Position numbers and translations under genes: made by a program. Shown here in pieces: positions 1 to 7,600 of a DNA stretch of 64,000 nt. The stretch is from positions 64,001-128,000 of the forward strand of contig JBHGAY010000001.1 of NCBI GenBank assembly GCA_041946735.1. Reading direction: 5' to 3'. The notes beneath the pieces are model-generated. The model searched no databases and was not told the origin of the DNA. It was given only the letters and a program-made list of their open reading frames with translations. The stretch is from Candidatus Eiseniibacteriota bacterium. Its GTDB lineage: Bacteria; Eisenbacteria; RBG-16-71-46; CAIMUX01; VGJL01. How positions within the stretch are numbered: the stretch's first letter is position 1; every line of letters starts with the position of its first letter.

Positions 1-654
1 CTGCCGGAGGAATCCGTGTTCCGGATCTGTCGTCAGCACCAGCCGTTCCGCCGCGCGAGGACCGAGCTGCGAGCGAAGCCGGTCCCAGATGACGAGGAGC
101 TGCGCGAGCGTCTCGATCGTCGTGCCCGACTTGCTGACCACGTTGTAGATCGACTCCTCGGGCGGAGCCACGGCAAGGAGCGCATCGAGGCTCTCCGGGT
201 CCACGTTCTCGGCGACGAACACGCGTGGCGCGCTGCGCGTCGAATCCGGGAGCAGGTTGTGCATCGGAGGAAGGCACGCGTCGAAGATCGCGCGCGCGCC
301 GAGAGCCGAGCCGCCGATCCCGAGGATGACGAAGTTCCTCTGCTCCCGGCAGGCGCGCGCCGCCTCCCGGATTGCGTCGAGTCCCTCCACCTGGAATGGG
401 AGATCCAGCGGCTCGAGATCTCCCGCGTCGCGCTCGGCGCGGATCCCTTCCGCCACGCGCTGGAGATCCGGCTCCATCCCGGCGACGTCGGCGCGGGTCA
501 GTCCGTGCGCCGGGCCGATCTCGTCCGCGAACACCCCGGTCAGGTCGACCCGGACGTCCTCCGTGCTTTGCGAAGCGTTTCGCAGAGCGCCCTGCGAGGC
601 GCTCTGCGGAGCGCTCTCCCGCGAGTCGTTGCGATCCTGGTCCATGCGGTCCAT
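1..654 (-). CDS. pgi: Glucose-6-phosphate isomerase (3'-truncated by window edge)
   Basis: Not in the ORF track. Manual translation of the minus strand gives NFVILGIGGSALG and NVVSKSGTTIETLAQ, both PGI/SIS motifs. ATG at 654 has GGAGG upstream; the frame runs off position 1. Confidence 0.9.
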   Translation of the reverse strand, partial: MDRMDQDRNDSRESAPQSASQGALRNASQSTEDVRVDLTGVFADEIGPAHGLTRADVAGMEPDLQRVAEGIRAERDAGDLEPLDLPFQVEGLDAIREAARACREQRNFVILGIGGSALGARAIFDACLPPMHNLLPDSTRSAPRVFVAENVDPESLDALLAVAPPEESIYNVVSKSGTTIETLAQLLVIWDRLRSQLGPRAAERLVLTTDPEHGFLRQ

Positions 655-682
655 GGCTGCTCGTCCTCCGAATCCGGGAAGC

Positions 683-1636
683 CTATCCCTTCCCTTTGCG
701 GCGCTGATTCCAGGCAAGTCTACGCTGCTGCTTCCGTAGGCCCTTCTCCTTCTTCGCCCTCGTTCCGGCGGGCTTCTGTTCGGCTGGGCGAACGCCGGGA
801 CGGGCGGCGGCCGGCTCGGGTGGACGCGCGGCGCTCGAGTCGCGCGGCACTCGGGCGGGTCCGGCGGCGGAGTCGGGCACGGAGGCGGCGGGTGGCTCGC
901 GGCCAGCCGCGGGGGCGGCCGGCGAAGGCGACGGTTTCTGCGGGACGGTCTCACGTCCTGCCTTCGCCTGTGTCCTCGAAGCGGTCCCCGCTCTCCCCTG
1001 GTCTCGCCCCCGCGCCTGCGCCCGCTCTCGCTCCCGCTCTCGCTCTCGCGCTCGTGCTCGCTCCAGCTCCGCCGCTTCCGCCGCCTTCTCCGCCTCCAGG
1101 AAGTGCTTCTCGATGTCGGAGAAGTCTCCGGGAGGACGGCCCTTCACGCGCGACTCCTCGGCCGCCTCGACCACCCGGTCGATCTCGTCCTGTTCGACCT
1201 GCCGGAACATCTCCGATGGCTCGATCTGCAGCGCCCCTCCGGGCAGGCGGCTCCCGAGCGTCGACCGGTCGGAGCTGACGACGGCGACGCGTCCTCCCTT
1301 GCGGATCGCATCGAGCGCGTGGAAGAGAATCCGGTCGTCCGCCTCCTCGGGAGGCAGGCTGTACTCGGTTCGAATCCGTCCCTCCCCGCGAGCGTCGGGG
1401 TTCCTCTCCATCCGGTTGCCGTCGTAGACGATGAGGATCTCGATTCCCTTGCGCACGGCCAACCGCTCGAGCATCCCTTCAAGGCGGCGCCTCGCTTCGG
1501 CGCGCTGCTCGTGCGTCTGCAGCGCCTCGAGGCCCGGGTGCGAGAAGATGACGTTGTGCCCGTCGACGATCCAGCGGAATCGTCGAGGATCGGACGGCCA
1601 GCTTCCCCTCTTCGCGGATGGTCCGGCGCGTGGCAC
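683..1636 (-). CDS. YacP-like NYN (PIN-fold) domain protein with long low-complexity C-terminal tail
   Basis: WIVDGHNVI, IVYDG, EADDRI and VVSSDR form the acidic catalytic pattern of NYN_YacP. The tail is rich in Ala, Pro, Arg and Glu. Confidence 0.8.
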   Translation of the reverse strand: MPRAGPSAKRGSWPSDPRRFRWIVDGHNVIFSHPGLEALQTHEQRAEARRRLEGMLERLAVRKGIEILIVYDGNRMERNPDARGEGRIRTEYSLPPEEADDRILFHALDAIRKGGRVAVVSSDRSTLGSRLPGGALQIEPSEMFRQVEQDEIDRVVEAAEESRVKGRPPGDFSDIEKHFLEAEKAAEAAELERARARERERERERAQARGRDQGRAGTASRTQAKAGRETVPQKPSPSPAAPAAGREPPAASVPDSAAGPARVPRDSSAARPPEPAAARPGVRPAEQKPAGTRAKKEKGLRKQQRRLAWNQRRKGKG

Positions 1637-1772
1637 GACTCAGCCTCCTCGCAGCGGGATGGTAGCCCGGCCGGCCCTTCCGTTGCATCGCCAGCCAAAA
1701 GGAAGCCGCCGCGGATCCTTGCAGGAAGGCATGCGCCCGGTTCGCAGTCCCTCGCCCGAGCCGCACGGGGGC

Positions 1773-1812
1773 AAAAAAGTTTGGAGGGAACCTGCGCGGG
1801 CAGGTTCCCTCC
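1773..1812 (-). terminator. Intrinsic terminator after lipoprotein gene
   Basis: Perfect 13-bp stem GGAGGGAACCTGC/GCAGGTTCCCTCC (1783-1812) with a 4-nt loop, followed by AAAC-TTTTTT on the minus strand. Confidence 0.7.
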
Positions 1813-1892
1813 GGCCGGACCGTCCGTGATCCCGAGGGGCGTTGAGATCGTCGACCGGTCCAGCTACCTCGCTTTCTTCTGTTCGCGCCGCC

Positions 1893-3005
1893 CTAAGGCC
1901 GGCAGCCTTTCGCCCAGCGGCCTTCGAAGGCGCCTTCCTCGGCGCCATCGCGCACCCGCCAGTGTCCGCGCAGCATCCCCGCGGTCCGCTCGTCGCGGTC
2001 CAGCCAGTCCGCGCGGAACCAGCCGCCTTCACCGTTGCGGATCGACTGTCCGGGGGCGCCGGGCTCGTTGCCTTGACCCCACTCCCCGCGGACGATCCCT
2101 TCGAAGCGGCCGCTCTCGTCGATCACTTTTCCGAACAGCACCTGGTGGCCCGATTCGTCGACGCCGAAGTAGCCGCGGACGAAGCCGGCCAGCGAGCCGT
2201 CCCGATTCACCCAGCGCCCGCGGAAGGTGCCGACGCTGTCGGGGTTGGCCGGAAGCTTCCACTCGCCGCCGAGAAAACCGCTCAGCGTGCAGAGCGCCGG
2301 CTTGACGAGGAAGGACCGAAGCGCGAATGCGTTACCCGCATCGTCGACTTCCTCCTCGAACTCGAGGTCCTTCAAGGAGAGCAGCGGGAAGCTGTACTCG
2401 TGGCCGCCGGCGACGATGGTCAGTACGTCCTGGGCGGGGTCGCGTCCATCGACGAACGGCTGCACGACCATGAACCGGATCCCGTCGAGATCGCCGGCGG
2501 TGTGGCTCACCCAGTCGACGCTCGTGCGGTCGGTGCGCGGCTGCTGCAGATGGTCATCCGACTCGAAGGCGATCACGGAACGCACGACGATCGCCCCATT
2601 GTTCACCTCCGCCCGGCCACTCCAGTCGACGACCGGCTGCTGCCCTTCTCCGCCTTGACCCGTGCGGATCGTCGGATCGGACTGCAGCATCCCCCACAAG
2701 ACGGTGACGGCGTAGACGTGCGTGGAGTCGCGATCCTGCCAGTGGCCGATCGTCGCGTCGGAACCGAATGGATCTTCGACAGGCAGCTCGGTGCCCGCGC
2801 TACGCGCCAGATCGTCGTCGCCGAAGGCCGGAAGCTCGTCCTGAGTCGTCAGGCCGCCGAGCGGATCGTCGAGATTGGGAGTTTCGGTGGTAGGGGAGGA
2901 AGGATCTCCGGGCCGCGTCGCCTGGTCCTTGGAGCAGCCCACGAAGCCGATCAAGAGGAGGGCGATTCCCCAGATGAGAAGACTGGTGCCGAGTCTGCGA
3001 TGCAT
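1893..3005 (-). CDS. Hypothetical lipoprotein with repeated G-x-[FL]-x-G-x-W beta motifs
   Basis: ATG at 3005 with AAGGAG RBS. Signal peptide with lipobox FVGC. C-terminal repeats GFLGGEW, GTFRGRW, GIVRGEW, GMLRGHW, GAFEGRW. Confidence 0.8.
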   Translation of the reverse strand: MHRRLGTSLLIWGIALLLIGFVGCSKDQATRPGDPSSPTTETPNLDDPLGGLTTQDELPAFGDDDLARSAGTELPVEDPFGSDATIGHWQDRDSTHVYAVTVLWGMLQSDPTIRTGQGGEGQQPVVDWSGRAEVNNGAIVVRSVIAFESDDHLQQPRTDRTSVDWVSHTAGDLDGIRFMVVQPFVDGRDPAQDVLTIVAGGHEYSFPLLSLKDLEFEEEVDDAGNAFALRSFLVKPALCTLSGFLGGEWKLPANPDSVGTFRGRWVNRDGSLAGFVRGYFGVDESGHQVLFGKVIDESGRFEGIVRGEWGQGNEPGAPGQSIRNGEGGWFRADWLDRDERTAGMLRGHWRVRDGAEEGAFEGRWAKGCRP

Positions 3006-3075
3006 CTCTGACTCCTTTGCCGCCCCTCTCTGTCCTTCTTCGCCTGAAACCTGGCCTTGCCCTGGCTCTGCCATT

Positions 3076-3091
3076 ACCAAGAGGCGTGCCA
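3076..3091 (-). promoter_or_regulatory. Sigma54-like -24/-12 promoter (variant -12)
   Basis: TGGCACG-CCTC-TTGGT about 70 bp upstream of the lipoprotein ATG. The -24 element is perfect; the -12 has GG instead of GC. Confidence 0.5.
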
Positions 3092-3340
3092 TTCGGAGCG
3101 AAGCGCGCTCGCCCGTCCGCATCTTATTCTGCGTATTGGACTTATGGCGCACCGTCGCGAACGCGCGCCACGCCCCCGCTCCCGGCCATCCCGTGTATGT
3201 ACGTATCGGGACACCAGATCGGGGCGGGCCTGTACGAAGCGGTCCTGCACGCGCGGGCGCCGGTCGCCCGCCTGGGGGCGAGGGCGAGTATCGGCCGGCG
3301 ATCGCTGGCGATGCCCGGCGGCGTATGGCAGGCTCGCCTC

Positions 3341-4042
3341 ATGTTCCCCATCGGTGACGAGAACCCGACACTCACCACTACCTGGATGGCGATCCTGCTG
3401 ATCGTGGGGAACGTCGTCGTCTGGTTCTGGCAGCTCGCCCTGCCCGCTCCCGCGACGGAACGGCTGATCTGGAGCGCGGCGCTCGTCCCGGCCCGCCTGG
3501 CGGGGATCGTCACCACCCCGGGGATCCCACCGGCGTGGACGCTCGTCACGTCGCAGTTCCTCCACGGCAGCGTCTTGCACCTCGGCGGGAACATGCTCTT
3601 CCTCTGGATCTTCGGGAACAACGTCGAGGACCGCTTGGGCTCGATTCGCTTCCTGTTCTTCTATCTGCTCTGCGGTGTCGCGGCGGGCCTCGTCCACTTC
3701 GCCACCGACCCGGCCAGCCGGATCCCGACGATCGGGGCCTCGGGCGCGATCTCCGGCGTGCTCGGCGCCTACGCGGTCCTCTTTCCGCGCGCGCGCATCC
3801 GCACCCTCGTGATCCTGATCTTCTACATCACGATCGTCGAGCTGCCGGCGTTGCTGTGGGTCGCGCTCTGGTTCCTTGCGCAGCTCTTCGGCGGTTTCGC
3901 GAGCCGCGGCGCCGGCGGCGGGGTCGCGTGGTTCGCCCACATCGGAGGGTTGTTCGCCGGCATCGCGCTGCTCGTCCTGTTCCGGCCGATTCGGAGACCG
4001 GTGCCGCGACAGGAGCCGTTCAGCCACACCTGGAGGGTCTGA
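3341..4042 (+). CDS. Rhomboid family intramembrane serine protease
   Basis: MFPIGDENP start, FLHGSVLHLGGNM, catalytic GASG and AHIGG motifs, multiple TM helices. Confidence 0.95.
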   Translation: MFPIGDENPTLTTTWMAILLIVGNVVVWFWQLALPAPATERLIWSAALVPARLAGIVTTPGIPPAWTLVTSQFLHGSVLHLGGNMLFLWIFGNNVEDRLGSIRFLFFYLLCGVAAGLVHFATDPASRIPTIGASGAISGVLGAYAVLFPRARIRTLVILIFYITIVELPALLWVALWFLAQLFGGFASRGAGGGVAWFAHIGGLFAGIALLVLFRPIRRPVPRQEPFSHTWRV

Positions 4043-4046
4043 GCCG

Positions 4047-4117
4047 GCGAGTCTCCGCCGCTCCGCGAATCTCCGCGGCTCCGCGGTTCTTCGGGCTTCG
4101 AGAGTCCCCGCCGCTCT
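4047..4117. repeat. Four imperfect ~18-bp tandem repeats
   Basis: gcgagtctccgccgctcc / gcgaatctccgcggctcc / gcggttcttcgggcttc / gagagtccccgccgctct fill the gap between convergent genes. Confidence 0.55.
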
Positions 4118-4434
4118 TACGAGAGGATCATCGAGAGGAGCTTTCGACGCAGGCGCTCGCGCCGCTGGAGAAGCTCGCGATCGGGCTCCACGAGCCGGTC
4201 GAGCAGCGCGAGCATCGCCCGGAGGTCCGCCCTCGCGACCGATTCCGATGGGACGAGGCGGCCGTAGAGCTTGAGCGCCCGATCGATCCCGCCTGCCAGG
4301 AACGCCTCCCTCGCCCGTTCGATTTCGCTCGCCGCCGGTGGCCTCGGTGCCTGCGCCGGCGCGGGCGCGTCGTTGAGACTCGGCTGCCTTCTTGGCGGCC
4401 GCTTGCGGGTTTGACGATCGATCGTCCTGTGCAT
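4117..4434 (-). CDS. Small hypothetical helical protein (105 aa)
   Basis: ATG with GGGGAGG RBS, an upstream sigma54-type promoter and a plausible amphipathic helical C-terminal half. Confidence 0.55.
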   Translation of the reverse strand: MHRTIDRQTRKRPPRRQPSLNDAPAPAQAPRPPAASEIERAREAFLAGGIDRALKLYGRLVPSESVARADLRAMLALLDRLVEPDRELLQRRERLRRKLLSMILS

Positions 4435-4460
4435 GGCGGAGCCCTCCCCGCAGCCGCCTG

Positions 4461-4476
4461 TGCAAGAGACAGGCCA
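4461..4476 (-). promoter_or_regulatory. Sigma54 -24/-12 promoter
   Basis: TGGCCTGTCTCTTGCA has GG-N10-GC spacing with TGGC and TTGCA, placed just upstream of the RBS of 4117..4434. Confidence 0.6.
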
Positions 4477-4674
4477 GATACGGGAGAGCCTGCGATCGCC
4501 GTCAAGTCGTTGCGCAGAAAGACAGGGGAGCTTCGCGCCAGGCGCGGGCGCCCAGCGGCCCGCGTCGCCGGCGACACGATCCGTGTCGCCGCGCCAGGAT
4601 CCTTGCCGGCGAGGTCACGTCGATGCAGCGGGCGGGACCGATCCTGTCGGCGCTGCGGGCGGGATCGTTCCATG

Positions 4675-7600
4675 TCATCGTAGTCGGATCAGCCTCCGAG
4701 TCGCCTCCCGGTCCTGCCAGCGGAGGTGGAGCAGATACACGCCGCTCGCGACCGGATGGCCTCGATCGTTGCGACCATCCCACACCTCGCTGTGCCGTCC
4801 CGCCTGCATCGTCTCGTCGCGGAGGGTGCGCACACGGCGCCCCGTTGCGTCGAAGACAGCCAGCTCGACCTTCCCTGCCTTCGGGATGTCGAACCGGAGC
4901 GAGGTCGAGGCCCCGCGGAACGGATGCGGAGCCGGCGGGAGGAGCGAGAAGCGAAGGGTCCTCGCGGTCGCGGTGACGGGGCCGTAGAGCATCGTTCCGC
5001 CGTCGGGCAGCAGAGCTTCGATGCGATAGGAGTAGAGAACCTCGGGCTCGGCGGTCTCGTCGAGATACTCGAACGGGCCCTCCCTCGGGACCGGGCGGTC
5101 GGGATTGAGCGCGACGTACTCGCCGTCCGCCGGATCGAGCCCCTCGGCGCGCTCGAGGACGTATCCCTCGAATGCCGCCTCCCCCACCTGCCATGTCAGC
5201 AGCACACCGGCGTCCCCGGCGAGCGCCTCGAAGGCGGTCAGGTCGATCGGCGTCAGCGGCTCATAGAGGAAGAAGCCGCTCGGCGCACGGAAGCGCGAGA
5301 GACCGGCCAGCAGCTGGAGGTCGTCGGAGAAGGTCTCCTTGCGGAAGACGGCCCCGGGCGAGCCTCCCGTATGGTTCGCGTCAGCGTCGCTGTCGCTGAT
5401 CACCATCCTCCCCACCTGGTCGAAAGCGATCGAATGGGGACGGCGGAGCTTGCGCGACTTCAGGACGGAGACGACGTTCCCCTTGGAATCCAGGCGGAAG
5501 ATCGCGCCGCGCGAGCCATCGTCCGGGATCGGCACGACGTCGCGATCCACGACGTACAGATCGCCTTCCGGCCCGATCGCTCCGCCGATCGGCCCGCGGA
5601 AGTCGGCCGACGCCGCATAGGTCTGCACCTGGCGGGTCGCCAGATCGACGCGGAACACCGCGCCGTTGCGCAGGCGGAAGGCGAGAGGATCCGCATCGGC
5701 GTCGATGACGAAGACGTGGTTCTCGTCCTGGCGCACGATCGCCCTCGGGCTCGCGAAGGCGGTGTCGGAAACGACCGTCTCCACCCTCTTCGTGGCGAGA
5801 TCGACGCGGAAGATCGCGCCCGGACCGGAGGCCGCCGTCAGGTGGTTCGGATCTGCCTGCGCGTCGAGCAGCAGAATCGTGTGGTCATCGACGGCCACGG
5901 CGGAGCGAGGACTGCGGAAGAGGCTGTCCGCGACGAGCAGCTCGAAGCCGCTCGTCTCCGGGATCCACCGGAAGATCGCGCCCTTCGCTTCCGGGTGGCC
6001 TCCCGGATTCGCTTCGCTGTCCACCATCAGGATCGTCGGCGGCTCGGACGGCAGAGCGATGGTGGCGACGGGCTGCACGAGTTGCGAGTCGCTCCCCATC
6101 GCGGTGGTCTGCCCGGAACTCAGGTGGATCTTCCACAGAGCGCCGGGGGTGTTGCCGAGCTCGTAGGGATCGGCATCGCCGTCGGCCAGGTAGAGGAAGC
6201 CTTCCTGGTAGTACACCGGCAGGCGGGCGGTCAGTTTGCGCATGCGATGCACCCCTTCGGAGGTCCGGAGGTGCGAGCGCAGGTTGAGCACGCCCCCCTG
6301 TTGGAGCGTCTGACGCATGCGGCCGCCGTAGTGGATCTGGAGCTGGTCGCCTTGCTCGAGGTCGACTGTCCAGACGAGGCCGTTCAATCCCGTCGGGAGC
6401 GAGACTGTGCCACCCGGCGTCTGGATCGAACCCGGATCGAGGTTGATGGACGGAGGCAGCGTGTCGGAGTAGACGGCGGCCAGCGTCTCGACCGGTCCGA
6501 TGTTGGCGATCTCCGCGGTGACCTGCACCTCGTCGTCCCCCTCGAGCGGGGGCCCATCCAGGTCCTCGAACGTGTACGAGCGGAGTCGCGGGTTCGGGCC
6601 CGGGAAGGAGTAGATCTCCATCGGCGTCGCCAGGGAGGGATCGGCCGCGACCGCTTCCAGCTGGTCCGTTTCCGGATCCCAGCGAAAGAGGGTGCGCGGC
6701 TGGCCGGGCTTCGTCTCGTCGCGCGCGAGACGATCGACGATCCACAGCTCGCCACTCGAGGAGAACGCTCCATTGCGCAGCTGGCGGAAGCGCGGGTCGG
6801 AGAGAAGGAGCGACAGGCTGCGCTGATCGGGATCGATCAGGAACACCGCTCCCCGTCCCTCTCCCCCGGCGTCGCTCGCCTCGTCGATCAGGACGAGACC
6901 GTTGTCCGTCCAGGGGACCACCGAAGCCGGAGACTGCATTTCCGGAAACTGCAGCGTGTCGAGAACCGCGCCGCTCTGCGGGTCGATCTGGAACAGGGCA
7001 CCGCGACCGGTCTGCGGGTCGCCGTCCGGATCGGCCAGCCGGTCGGCGCACCACAGGCGGCCGCTCTCGTCTTCGGCGATCTGGGCGGGATGACGGAACG
7101 CCGGGTTCTGCGAGAAGACTTCGAGCGGTCCGCTCCCCCCGCGCTGCACGAAGATCACCGGTCCAGGCGAATCCCCGGGATGCAGGGTCGCGAGCGGATC
7201 CGTGATCAAGAGATCCCCCGCGCGCGTCCGCAGCAGGTCGGTCGGATAGCCGAGACGGGGATCGGCGATCGTCGTCTCCGACGTCGCGCGAAGGTAATCG
7301 ACCGTCCGGATCACCGCCGGCGCGCCCCCCATCGGATCGGCGAGGAGGAAGCGGCCCTCCTCGATCGGCTCGATCGGCTCGATCGCCAGTGGATCGACCC
7401 AGCTCGAGTCGGCGAGCAGCAAGCTCTCGAACTGTTTCTGGACGGCGTCGACGAAGAACAGCGCTCCCCGATTCCTCCCGTCGCCGATCTCGTCGGCGTT
7501 CATGTCCACGACGACCAAGTCTCCCGAGCCGAGCGGCGCGACCACGCGCGCGCCCGCGCTGTCGGGGTTCGGCGAGTGCGGTCCCGAGATGCGGAGCACA

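Noticed and set aside
565..625. 12-bp periodic repeats at the pgi 5' end (SAPQ-SASQ-GALR-NASQ)
   Set aside because: A short low-complexity N-terminal extension, probably slippage with no evident function.
4047..4117. Possible mini-CRISPR
   Set aside because: The repeats are contiguous, short and degenerate, with no spacers and no cas genes in the window.
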